Under the pieces are notes generated by a model that was not told the DNA's origin, did no database searches, and worked only from the letters and a program-made list of their open reading frames with translations. Below are positions 9,014 to 18,352 of a stretch of DNA of 64,000 nt, one piece after another. Source of the stretch: Candidatus Latescibacterota bacterium (GTDB taxonomy: Bacteria > Latescibacterota > UBA2968 > UBA8231). How positions within the stretch are numbered: position 1 is the stretch's first letter; the number at the start of each line of letters is the position of its first letter. The position numbers were made by a program, and so were the translations under genes. Location of the stretch: positions 6,848,001-6,912,000 of the forward strand of contig OZ242214.1 in assembly GCA_965206595.1 (NCBI GenBank), written 5' to 3'.

Positions 9014-11113
9014 ATGGCTATCCCCAGGTTCTTCCGGCCCGTTCCCGAACTCGACGACGAAGAGCGCCGGCGCGGGTTGGGAAACATGACCCGGCAGGCA
9101 ATCTCGGCGGCGGGTGCCGACGGACTGGCATCCGGCGGGTTTCTCGCCTCGTTCGCCCTGATTCTCGGAGCGTCCAATTTCCACATCGGTATCATGACGG
9201 CCATCCCGTTCGTCATGCAGCCCCTGCAACTGATCGCAGTGCTCGCCGTCGAGCGACTGCGGCTTCGCAAGGCCGTCGCCGTCACCGCCTATTTCTTCGC
9301 CTACGCGACCTGGATCCCGATCGCGCTGCTCCCCTTCCTTGTCGACGTTCCCAACCCGGGCGCAGTGGTTCTCATGCTCGCGTTCATCGCACTTCGAGGC
9401 GTAAGCAACGCCTTCGTGAACACGAGTTGGAACGGCTGGCTGCGCGACCTCGTGCCGCAGGACCTGATGGGCAAGTTCTTCACCCAGCGTCTCCGGGTGG
9501 CGACGATTGCCTCGGCAGTGTCGGGGCTCATGGCCGCCCTCTACATCGACTGGTGGAAGACGTCCGGCCCGAACGATGAGATCTTCGCCTATTCATACGC
9601 GATGCTGTTCGGTAGCGTCGTGCTGGGATTCGGGGCCGTCGGGTTCATGGCGCGCATGCCCGAGCCACGGATGGTCGTCCCCGAAGACAAACGCCCCTCG
9701 GTGTTCAGCAGCCTGGGGACGCCGTTCCGGGACCGGAACTTCCGGCAGCTGATAAATTTCCTGTTCCTGTGGAACTTCGTCGCCCAGCTGGCAGTACCCT
9801 TCTTCACCGTTTACATGCTGACCAAGCTCGGCCTGACCCTGACCTGGGTCGTGGGGCTGGGTGTGCTGAGCCAGCTCGCCAACGTCCTCTTCCTGCGGGT
9901 CTGGGGGCCGTTCGTCGATCGGTTCGGCAGCAAGGCGGTGCTGTCGCTCTCCTCGTCCCTCTACTTCCTCGTCATCCTCGGCTGGACCTTCACCGCCCTG
10001 CCGGAAAAACACGCCTTCACGGTGCCCATGCTCGTGGTCCTGCACATGTTGATGGGGATCGCGAGCGCCGGCATCAACATCGCGACGACGACAATCCGCA
10101 TGAAGATGGCCCCGCAGGCCCAGGCCATGACCTACCTGACAGCCGCATCCCTGGCGGCCAACCTCGGAGCCGGGATCAGCCCGCTTCTCGGCGGCGCTTT
10201 CGCGGACTTTTTCAGCGTGCGTCACCTCGAAGTCGCTGTGCAGTGGGTCGATCCGGTTCGCACCATCGGTTTTCCCGCGGTCTTCCTTACCGGCTTCGAT
10301 TTCCTGTTCGCCATCGCTTTCGTCCTCGGTCTCTTCACCCTCGGGGTACTGGCGGGCATCCGGGAGGAGGGGGAAGCGGAGAGTGCCGTCGTAATGGACG
10401 AGCTCGTGTCGCAGACGCGGGAGAACCTGCGGGTTCTGACCTCCGTCCCGGGCTTGAGCTTCGTAGCGAACTTTCCGCTGGAGTCGCTGCGCAAGCTGTC
10501 CCCCATACCCGGCCTCGATGTGGCCGTAGGAGTCACCGCCCACCAGCTGTCCTCCACGATCAAGGCCGCAGTCGAAGGACTCAACTACGGACAGTTGCGG
10601 ACCGGCCAATTGACTGTGCGCGTCAGACAGTCGGTAGAAAGAGCCGCTGACACATTGGAGCAGATCGGCAAACAGGGGGCCGAGGTGGCGACGGGCGCGA
10701 CCGCAGGGGCCATGTGGGCGGCGGCGGACGTCACGACGGAAGTCGGACGCGTCGCGGAGGAGGCGGTGCTCGGCACGATGCAGGCGCTCGCCAAAACCGC
10801 GACCGATCCTCTCGAGGCGGTGCGCGGCGCAATGCACGGCGTCATCCAGGGGGCGAGCCAGGCCGGGCTGCACGTGGGCAACGCCGTCAGGCACGCTGTG
10901 AAAGCGGCGCGCGGGTCGGCGGCGGATCTCGGCGTTTCGGAGCAGCAGGCGGGCAAGGCGGCGGCACAGGGAGCGGTCGAATCGGCTGCGCAGCTCGGCA
11001 AGGAGTTGGAGACCGAGATCGTCCAGGTGGTCCTGCAAGAACTGATGGAGGATACCGACACTCGCTCCGAAGAGAAGACAGCCGCCGACGAATCGCCCGA
11101 AACGCAACCCTGA
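9014..11113 (+). CDS. MFS transporter with long Ala/Gly-rich C-terminal extension
   Basis: About 12 TM segments, WGPFVDRFGSKAVL MFS motif; ~200-aa helical tail with repeats such as GATAGA, GAMHGVIQGA, AAQGAVESA. Confidence 0.85.
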   Translation: MAIPRFFRPVPELDDEERRRGLGNMTRQAISAAGADGLASGGFLASFALILGASNFHIGIMTAIPFVMQPLQLIAVLAVERLRLRKAVAVTAYFFAYATWIPIALLPFLVDVPNPGAVVLMLAFIALRGVSNAFVNTSWNGWLRDLVPQDLMGKFFTQRLRVATIASAVSGLMAALYIDWWKTSGPNDEIFAYSYAMLFGSVVLGFGAVGFMARMPEPRMVVPEDKRPSVFSSLGTPFRDRNFRQLINFLFLWNFVAQLAVPFFTVYMLTKLGLTLTWVVGLGVLSQLANVLFLRVWGPFVDRFGSKAVLSLSSSLYFLVILGWTFTALPEKHAFTVPMLVVLHMLMGIASAGINIATTTIRMKMAPQAQAMTYLTAASLAANLGAGISPLLGGAFADFFSVRHLEVAVQWVDPVRTIGFPAVFLTGFDFLFAIAFVLGLFTLGVLAGIREEGEAESAVVMDELVSQTRENLRVLTSVPGLSFVANFPLESLRKLSPIPGLDVAVGVTAHQLSSTIKAAVEGLNYGQLRTGQLTVRVRQSVERAADTLEQIGKQGAEVATGATAGAMWAAADVTTEVGRVAEEAVLGTMQALAKTATDPLEAVRGAMHGVIQGASQAGLHVGNAVRHAVKAARGSAADLGVSEQQAGKAAAQGAVESAAQLGKELETEIVQVVLQELMEDTDTRSEEKTAADESPETQP

Positions 11114-11326
11114 GCGCTGCATGCCCCCCGGGCAGCCGTCTTAAAGCCCTGCCGGGCCCACTATGCTCCGGTAATTGACCTGTGAAGTCTACGGGTTTGT
11201 AGGGTCCTCCAAGAGGATGGTTTTATCTTGATCATCGGGTCCCCCATCATTTTCAGTTAGGGGAAACACTTGGTTCACCCTTCTTCCAAAGCGCGAGACC
11301 ACCAGGACCCTGAAATCGAAGAAAGA

Positions 11327-12283
11327 TCAGAAACCCTCGCCCCGCCGTTCCTGGCAGAGTTGTGCGACCTCGGCCCCGACAATAAAGACGATGGCAGTGA
11401 AGTAAAGCCATATGCCCACTGCAACAGAAAGAAAATAGGCCCCGTACAAATACCCTAGCGTTCCAAAATTACCGAGATAGTAACCGAAAAGCCATTCGGA
11501 AAGTTTCCACAATAATGAGGCACATAATGCGCCCCGCGCGAGCACCTTGATACCCGGTTGCTCCTGGGGAACCAACCAATACAACCCGAGAAACACCGAA
11601 AAAACCAAAATGATGGTGACAAGACCATAGAAGTAACTAGTCGAGGAACCCAGCGGCACAAGGACAGAAACGATTGTCGAAAGACCCGGAAGCAAAAGAA
11701 CCGAAAGCAGAAAAGCGAAAAGAACAAGCAGCAGCAAGGCGAAATCCTTCAACTTTCCCACCGCACTTAAAAGGGCCATGACCATAATGCTTGGCCTGAA
11801 ACTGGAATCGCCCCTACCTTGCTCCCTCAGTTTTTTGACCACCGCGGGCCATTGCCAAAAAAGCTTTTCGGCAAGTTTGTGCTCTTCCCCGGAAGCCTTG
11901 AAAACAGTATTGAGGAGGGTTCGCATACTGCTGAAAAGACCGCTTGCGGTGAAAATCAGGATTGACAGCCCCGAGACCCCGTACGCTTCCTTGAATTCGA
12001 CGACCTCGGGGATGCGGGAGTAGAGGACCTCCTTCATATACGCAGCCTCATTTTGGTAAGGTATTATTACCTCCACCGTCATATCCACCAAACGAGTCAT
12101 CGAGGCCGGATCAAGGAACGAGCCCAGTACAAAAAAAACAAGAAATGCAAGAGGAACTAGAGTGAACAAGGTGGCAAAGGCCAAGCCGGCAGCGAAAAGA
12201 AAATGATGGTTGTCGCACATTCTGATAAACAGACCAGCAAGGTAGTAGGTCCAAAAGCCTTGCTTTCCTTTTTGCGTTCCCAT
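11327..12283 (-). CDS. YihY/BrkB-family inner membrane protein
   Basis: AAGLAFATLFTLVPL, LYWLVP, LYGAY..IWLY..IVGAE. Confidence 0.88.
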   Translation of the reverse strand: MGTQKGKQGFWTYYLAGLFIRMCDNHHFLFAAGLAFATLFTLVPLAFLVFFVLGSFLDPASMTRLVDMTVEVIIPYQNEAAYMKEVLYSRIPEVVEFKEAYGVSGLSILIFTASGLFSSMRTLLNTVFKASGEEHKLAEKLFWQWPAVVKKLREQGRGDSSFRPSIMVMALLSAVGKLKDFALLLLVLFAFLLSVLLLPGLSTIVSVLVPLGSSTSYFYGLVTIILVFSVFLGLYWLVPQEQPGIKVLARGALCASLLWKLSEWLFGYYLGNFGTLGYLYGAYFLSVAVGIWLYFTAIVFIVGAEVAQLCQERRGEGF

Positions 12284-12428
12284 ATGAGTAACCTAACCTT
12301 TTCAAAGCAAATAATGGCCGGCAAACCGGGAAGGGGCCTCCCCTGCCAAAAAAGGCAACCAGGAAGGCCCCCATGTCAACTGGCCAGGGTCGTGCATCGC
12401 AATGCCTGCTTCCCTGGTATCCCCTGCC

Positions 12429-13371
12429 TCAGCGGAGGCGGTACTCCACGGCCACGTTCACGCCCTGGGTGGGGTCCTGACCTCGCTCCTTGGCTATTGT
12501 CCCGGTGACGTTGAGGTTGATATGGTTCTCGATGAAGAAAATGAAACCCGATCTCACCTGCTCTACCACTGTAGCCTTGACGTTCGGGTCGCTGCGCGAA
12601 GCCGTAATAATGTTGCTGACGGTGAAGTCGACCCGGTTGGTCACCTCATACAGGTAATTCAGCGAGCTCGATAGCGTAAAGATATTCGACCCGAAATCGC
12701 CCGTAAACGGAGAGGTCATTGGTAAACTGCCCGGACCTGGAAATCACCCTTTCCATTTCCTCGAACCATTTGATTTTGTAACGGTCGCCAAACTTGGTTT
12801 CGAACTCGTCCCTGCGTTCGATCACCTGCGCCAGCTCGATCAATGTCTCATCCGGCAAAACTCCCGTGACCAATCCTTCATCGCGCAGGAATTTCTCGAT
12901 ACGCACGGCCTGGGCGAGAGGCGTGACCCGAATGAAACGTCCGGATCCGACCCCGGGTGTAAAGTCGACGGTCGGCCGGTCGTAATCACTGTTTCCTGTA
13001 ACGCGCAGCTCGCCTGAATAAAACAGGTCACCCTCAGGATTGAAATATTTCCTGATCCCCGGACCGGCAACGAAATTATAGGATCCTTCCTGCTCGTCGT
13101 CAGCATTCCGACGCGTCACCCCGACTCCGTTAAAATTCAGGTCCCACGCGTACGGCAACGAGTTGTAATAACGGCGGTATAGCAGCGAGGCGGAACCGTC
13201 GTTGGTTCCGGTGTTGGTGCCGCTTCCCGCATACGCATACGTTCCTCCGAGACGGAGCTGTTGGTCTGTGCTAACCGGAACATCGTAGTCGGCAGGAGTC
13301 ACCGCCCATAGTCCGGGAGGGGCCAGAAATGCAACCGCGAGAAGTATCAAAGCCGAAAGGATTACAACCAT
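12429..13371 (-). pseudogene. Putative outer-membrane beta-barrel protein, split near 12720
   Basis: Signal peptide and alternating beta-strand pattern in 12646..13371; a different frame (12429..12719) carries further strands ending VNVAVEYRLR. Confidence 0.55.
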
Positions 13372-13427
13372 TTCATCCTCCTTTTGAAGTGAAGGGTATG
13401 CGTAAATTACTGGTTGGGATGGACCAA

Positions 13428-15059
13428 CTACCTGTCTTGTCGAGAAGATGGATCGGGATTGGTTCCGGAAGACGAAGGGTCGTTGTTCTTCGCCTCCTCC
13501 AGACTTCGGGACCATTGTTCCAGTCGGTTTCTCGCAATGTCACGGCCGCCTATGCCGAACGCGATTGCCGCAGCTACGGCCGCCGAACCAAGGATCAATG
13601 CAAAGGCCAGGGTAATGATCTCGTTAGCGATTCCCATCTGCCCCAGCGCCATGAAGAGAGACAGCGCCACTATCGCGAACCTCACAGCTACCCCGAGCAG
13701 GGTGCCATAGGTTCCCCCTTTTCTGGCGGTGAGGCGGCCAAATACAGACGCAAGGAATAATCCAAAACCAAAGATCACGCCCCCTAGAACAACCTTTCCG
13801 AAAAGAAGCGTCAGTTTCACCAGCATTCCTGCAAGATTCTCGAACCCGAGCTGGGAAGTTGCCTCGATGGCGGAGAAAAGAAGGACCGCCACCATTGCGA
13901 CATAGCCCGCGATTTGCGAAGGCGGCCGTTGCACCGGGAACGCCGCTTCACTCGTTGAGGGCGCGGCTTCCGCAAAGGTTGCTTCGGCTATGGAAGGGGA
14001 ACGTTCCTCGGCAATCGTTACCTCCGCTATTCCGAGGCGCTGCAGTAGCGAGTTGAAACCGATCTGCCTCAGGACGTCGTCGACCACGCGGGCAACGAAT
14101 CGACCCGTCAGGTAGCCGATGAGCAGGATACCTCCGGCGACCAGGATAGACGGCCCTGCTGCCAATACCCCGGCAAGCATGGAACTGGCGGGATTGGAGA
14201 TGGCCTGGAAATCCAGGGATTCCAATGCCGCGATGCCCGCGAGGATCAGAATCACCGCATAGGTCAAAGTACCTACGAGACCCGAAAGACTTTCGATACC
14301 CAGCCCGGTAGCCAAGCCCATACGACGGCCGAAACCATCAACCCCTGTTGCCTCGAGGACGTTTGAGACCACCTGCTTGACGATTCGAGCTCCAAGCCAG
14401 CCGAACAGCATGAGGAGGGCGGCAGCGAACAGGTTGGGCAGGAATCCGACGATTTTTGCAATCATCACCTGGACCGGCTGCAGCAATCCCTGCAAACCCA
14501 GGGCATCCAATATGGCCGGGAGCAAAACGAGAAACGTGAGCCAGTAGACCACGTTTCCCACAGTCTGAGGGAGCACGCTCTCCGTCTTTGCCTCGAGTCC
14601 GGCCGGTTTAGCCAGGCGTCTTTCGATATCGGTCCTTGCAAGCACGCCGGTTACCACCCGCCGCAGCAGGCTGCCTACGATCCAGGCAACCACCAGTAAA
14701 ACCGCGCCGCTAAGCAGCTTGGGCAGGTAAGCGAAAATCTGGTTCAGCGTCTTGTTCAGCGGCTCGGTCAATGCCGTCATGCCAACCATCTGGAAGAAGG
14801 CAACGAGCACGAAGAGCATCACCAGATAGAACACCCCTCTGCCGATCCAGCGTTCGGCGTGAATCCCCGTCGCGGCGTCGCGTCCCATTATCAACGCCAG
14901 CAATTTGTCGTCCAGGTGCGTTCTCAGCAGGGCTCGACGGACAATCGATGACGCCAGATGGGCAACGAGCCATCCGAGCACCAGTATGCCGAAAGGCAGG
15001 ATCAGGTGGGCATATGGGGAGATGTACTGCTCCCACCATTGCCATTCAAAGACGTGCAT
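13428..15059 (-). CDS. CmpX-like / mechanosensitive channel protein with repeated conserved TM helices
   Basis: Repeats YLPKLLSGAVLLVVAWIVG, FLPNLFAAALLMLFGWLGA; C-terminal ALGQMGIANEII.LAF.LILG..AVAAAIAFGIGGR. Confidence 0.85.
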   Translation of the reverse strand: MHVFEWQWWEQYISPYAHLILPFGILVLGWLVAHLASSIVRRALLRTHLDDKLLALIMGRDAATGIHAERWIGRGVFYLVMLFVLVAFFQMVGMTALTEPLNKTLNQIFAYLPKLLSGAVLLVVAWIVGSLLRRVVTGVLARTDIERRLAKPAGLEAKTESVLPQTVGNVVYWLTFLVLLPAILDALGLQGLLQPVQVMIAKIVGFLPNLFAAALLMLFGWLGARIVKQVVSNVLEATGVDGFGRRMGLATGLGIESLSGLVGTLTYAVILILAGIAALESLDFQAISNPASSMLAGVLAAGPSILVAGGILLIGYLTGRFVARVVDDVLRQIGFNSLLQRLGIAEVTIAEERSPSIAEATFAEAAPSTSEAAFPVQRPPSQIAGYVAMVAVLLFSAIEATSQLGFENLAGMLVKLTLLFGKVVLGGVIFGFGLFLASVFGRLTARKGGTYGTLLGVAVRFAIVALSLFMALGQMGIANEIITLAFALILGSAAVAAAIAFGIGGRDIARNRLEQWSRSLEEAKNNDPSSSGTNPDPSSRQDR

Positions 15060-15129
15060 TTTTTTCTCCTTTTCGTCCGGAAAAGACGGTCTGTGCGAAT
15101 TGACGGGCCCCCGCCGTTCAAAAGGGTAA

Positions 15130-15146
15130 AGCAAGGATAGTGCCAG
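15130..15146 (-). promoter_or_regulatory. Sigma-54 (-24/-12) promoter
   Basis: Minus strand reads CTGGCACTATCCTTGCT, a perfect TGGCAC-N5-TTGC, ~70 nt upstream of the 15059 ATG and divergent from an NtrC-type activator. Confidence 0.85.
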
Positions 15147-15331
15147 TTAGGTCCCCCTCTCCCGGCCCTCACTGGCCATTTCCCCTAACTCCCTGTGGGA
15201 CAGTAGACAACGGAGATATCACCCCGAGATCCGACTTCGACAACCGCAATTGAGTTTGACAGCGGCCAATCAGGATTGTGACATTTTGTCGTCCTGATGG
15301 ACTTTTTGACGCATCACCTTGGCCGAACCCT

Positions 15332-16738
15332 ATGAAGGACTTCCCCGACTCGATCAATACCACGCCTTTGTCAGGGCGGGTGCTCGTCGCGGACAACAAC
15401 CCGAAATACTTGGCATCCGTGACTGAAATCCTTCGGGAAAGCGGATATGAGGAGGTCTTCGAAGGGAGTGACGGGACCTCTGCGGATCGGCTCCTCAGGT
15501 CGCAACCCTTCGATGTTGCCGTCATCGACATCAAGATGCCTGGCGGTATCCAGTTGCTGCGCACCGCCATCAGGCTCACCCCGCCCCTGCCGGTTATCAT
15601 TTTCACGTCCTATTCGACCGTGAAGCAGGCAATACAGGCAATGCGGCAAGGTGCTGTTGACTACGTCGTCAAACCTGTCGATGCCAATGACTTGGTGACG
15701 GCGGTACATCGTGCGCTCGAACGCAAACGGATGATTGGCCCTGCCTCAGCCGAGCAAGTGGAGGTGAAAACCGGATTCGGAGAATTGCTGGGGACATCCA
15801 GGGCCATGCAGGCACTTTTCGACCAGATTCGACGTGCGGCGCCATTCAAGTCCACGGTCCTGATATCGGGAGAAAGCGGCACAGGGAAAGAGTTGGTGGC
15901 TGGTGCCATCCACTCGCTCAGTGCTATGAGGGATGGGCCTTTCATTGCGCTCAACTGCTCAGCCCTGCCTGTAGAACTGGCCGAAAGTGAGTTGTTCGGC
16001 CACGAGAAGGGTTCCTTTACCGGGGCCACGCAGACCCAACCTGGGCTGATAGAAGCTGCCAACGACGGGACTCTTTTCCTCGACGAAATCGGTGACCTCG
16101 AGATGCAGATGCAGACCAAGCTTTTGCGGGTCCTGGAGGAACAGAAAGTCCGCCGCCTGGGGGCCACCCGCATGATGGACATCAACGTGCGGTTCGTTGC
16201 GGCCTCGAATGTCAACCTCCCGGATGCGGTGAAAAGGGGGAGATTCCGGGAAGACCTGTATTATCGCCTCAATGTCATCCACATTTCGGTGCCGCCTCTC
16301 AGCCAACGCAAGTCGGACATCCCTTTTCTTGTACGGACTTTCGTGGAACGTTTCGCAGAGCAAAATGGAATCCCATCCGTCGAGATAGCGGACCGTTGCC
16401 TTGACCGGATTGCCCGATACGATTGGCCTGGAAACGTGAGAGAGCTGAAGAATGCAGCGGAGCGCCTGGCGATCTATGCCGCAGACAGGACCACGGAGGT
16501 CGGGGAGAAAGAAATCGAGACCATTCTGTCCAGCGATCTTGGAAAGCCAGCCGAAGTTGGTTCCACAACCCGGGCAGAGGATTTTGAGCCCAGGACCCTG
16601 GCCGAAGTGGAAAAGGAAATGATCCTGAACTCCCTCTTGCATACGGAGGGGAACCGTACACAGGCTGCGCAAATCCTGGGAATCAGTCTGAGAACCTTGC
16701 AACGGAAGCTCATTCAGTACGGAGAACCTCATGACTGA
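15332..16738 (+). CDS. NtrC-family sigma-54-dependent response regulator (REC-AAA-Fis HTH)
   Basis: DIKMP receiver, GESGTGKE, ESELFGHEKGSFTGA, LFLDEIG, FREDLYYRLNV, WPGNVREL, GNRTQAAQILGISLRTL. Confidence 0.95.
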   Translation: MKDFPDSINTTPLSGRVLVADNNPKYLASVTEILRESGYEEVFEGSDGTSADRLLRSQPFDVAVIDIKMPGGIQLLRTAIRLTPPLPVIIFTSYSTVKQAIQAMRQGAVDYVVKPVDANDLVTAVHRALERKRMIGPASAEQVEVKTGFGELLGTSRAMQALFDQIRRAAPFKSTVLISGESGTGKELVAGAIHSLSAMRDGPFIALNCSALPVELAESELFGHEKGSFTGATQTQPGLIEAANDGTLFLDEIGDLEMQMQTKLLRVLEEQKVRRLGATRMMDINVRFVAASNVNLPDAVKRGRFREDLYYRLNVIHISVPPLSQRKSDIPFLVRTFVERFAEQNGIPSVEIADRCLDRIARYDWPGNVRELKNAAERLAIYAADRTTEVGEKEIETILSSDLGKPAEVGSTTRAEDFEPRTLAEVEKEMILNSLLHTEGNRTQAAQILGISLRTLQRKLIQYGEPHD

Positions 16739-16874
16739 CCTCTTCAGTTCTCTTTTCAATGACTGTCATCTTGTCGCCATACGTCCTTTTGTCTGAATAC
16801 GAGATTCGCTTTGGCCCTGAAATAGGCAAGCCCCCTGTTGCACAGAGGGTTGGTCAATGAAGAGAAGGTGAAAG

Positions 16875-18191
16875 ATGAACGGTGAAACCGCGGCCTCGCA
16901 GGCCCTCATCGAGGAGTTTTTCCGCCTCCACCCCGGCGAGGCGGCCCGGGCCCTGGCCGCCTCGCCCGTCCCGGAGGCTCTGCGGCTGCTCGAGGCCGGC
17001 CACGAGGAAACCGCGGCCCGTGTGTTCGAGCGGCTCGACCCGGACCGGGCGGTCGAGCTTGTCGAGGCGATGGGCGACGCCCTGTTCCAGCGGCTGTGGC
17101 AGGGGATGGACCCCGGCGTCGGCTCCGCCCTCCTGTCCCGGCTGGAGAAAGAGACCCGGACGGACCGCCTGGCCGCCCTGCCGGAGGGGCTGGCCGCGGA
17201 AATGAAGGAGCTGATGCGTTACCCGGCCGAATCGGCCGGCGGCCTCATGGACACCGCGGTGACCGTCTTCAGCGCCAACGAGACCGCGGAGGAGGCGCTC
17301 GACCGCATCCGCTCCTTTTCGGAACGGCGCATTCACGATCTCTGCGTTGCCGATGCCGACGGACGCCTGGCCGCGGTGCTCCCGCTCCAGCGGGTAGCCG
17401 TTGCCCAACCCGGGGAGCGGCTCGGGGGGCTTGCCCAGGGGCCGCCGGTCTGCGTGCAGGCGATGTCCTCCCTCGAGGAAGTAGTCGAGCTGTTGGAAAC
17501 CCATAAGCTGGCCTCGCTGCCCGTGGTCGGGTTCGAGGGCCGGCCGCGGGGGATCATCCTGCACGACGCGCTGGTGGAGGCCGCCCAGCAGGAGGCCAGC
17601 GAAAACCTGCAGACCATGGTCGGGGCCGGCGCCGACGAGCAGGCCCTGTCATCCCCCTGGCTGGCGGTGCGCAAGCGCCTGCCCTGGCTGCAGGTCAACC
17701 TCGCCACCGCCTTTCTCGCCGCCTCGGTGGTCGCCCTCTTCGAGGGCACCATAGCCAAGTTCACCGCCCTGGCGGTCTTTCTCCCGGTGGTGGCCGGCCA
17801 GGCGGGCAATACCGGCGCCCAGTCCCTGGCCGTGGCCATGCGCGGGCTCGCCCTGCGCGAGTTCAGGCCGCGCGGATGGTTCCGCGTCGCCCGCAAGGAG
17901 CTGCTGGCCGGGATGATCAACGGAGTGGCCGTGGCCGTGACCACCTCCCTGGTGGCCTACCTCTGGTCCGGCACCTTGGGATTGCCGCTGGTGATAGGTA
18001 CATCCATGGTCTTCTCGATGGCCATGGCAGGCCTGACCGGGGCCCTCATCCCCGTGGTTCTCACGGTCCTGGGGAAGGATCCGGCGCAGTCGGCGTCCAT
18101 CGTGCTGACCACGGTAACGGATGTGCTGGGTTTCCTCAGCTTCCTGGGGCTGGCCACCCTGATGGCCGGGAAGTTCGGGGTGTCTCTTTAA
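16875..18191 (+). CDS. mgtE: MgtE-family magnesium transporter
   Basis: SAGGLM CBS domains, RKRLPWL, FLPVVAGQAGNTGAQ, DPAQSASIVLTTVTDVLGF. Confidence 0.92.
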   Translation: MNGETAASQALIEEFFRLHPGEAARALAASPVPEALRLLEAGHEETAARVFERLDPDRAVELVEAMGDALFQRLWQGMDPGVGSALLSRLEKETRTDRLAALPEGLAAEMKELMRYPAESAGGLMDTAVTVFSANETAEEALDRIRSFSERRIHDLCVADADGRLAAVLPLQRVAVAQPGERLGGLAQGPPVCVQAMSSLEEVVELLETHKLASLPVVGFEGRPRGIILHDALVEAAQQEASENLQTMVGAGADEQALSSPWLAVRKRLPWLQVNLATAFLAASVVALFEGTIAKFTALAVFLPVVAGQAGNTGAQSLAVAMRGLALREFRPRGWFRVARKELLAGMINGVAVAVTTSLVAYLWSGTLGLPLVIGTSMVFSMAMAGLTGALIPVVLTVLGKDPAQSASIVLTTVTDVLGFLSFLGLATLMAGKFGVSL

Positions 18192-18195
18192 GGGA

Positions 18196-18273
18196 AAGGG
18201 CGAACAAGGGGGTCCGCTGCTACTTCAGAAGGCCGACGACGGAGCAGGGGATCAGGACCGCTTGTTTGCCCTT
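18196..18273. other. Long imperfect inverted repeat after mgtE (possible terminator or REP-like hairpin)
   Basis: Arms aagggcgaacaagggggtcc and ggaccgcttgtttgccctt. Confidence 0.45.
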
Positions 18274-18352
18274 CTGAGAAACAGGTCACTCCGCGAAGGT
18301 CTCCTCTCCCCTTCCTTTGGCAGGTCGAGAATCAGATAGCGAGGGACAAGCG

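Noticed and set aside
16810-16845. Second sigma-54 promoter upstream of mgtE
   Set aside because: GG and GC elements are not spaced GG-N10-GC
18196-18273. SRP (4.5S) RNA
   Set aside because: Long hairpin but lacks the conserved CAGG-GNRA-AGCA domain IV motif
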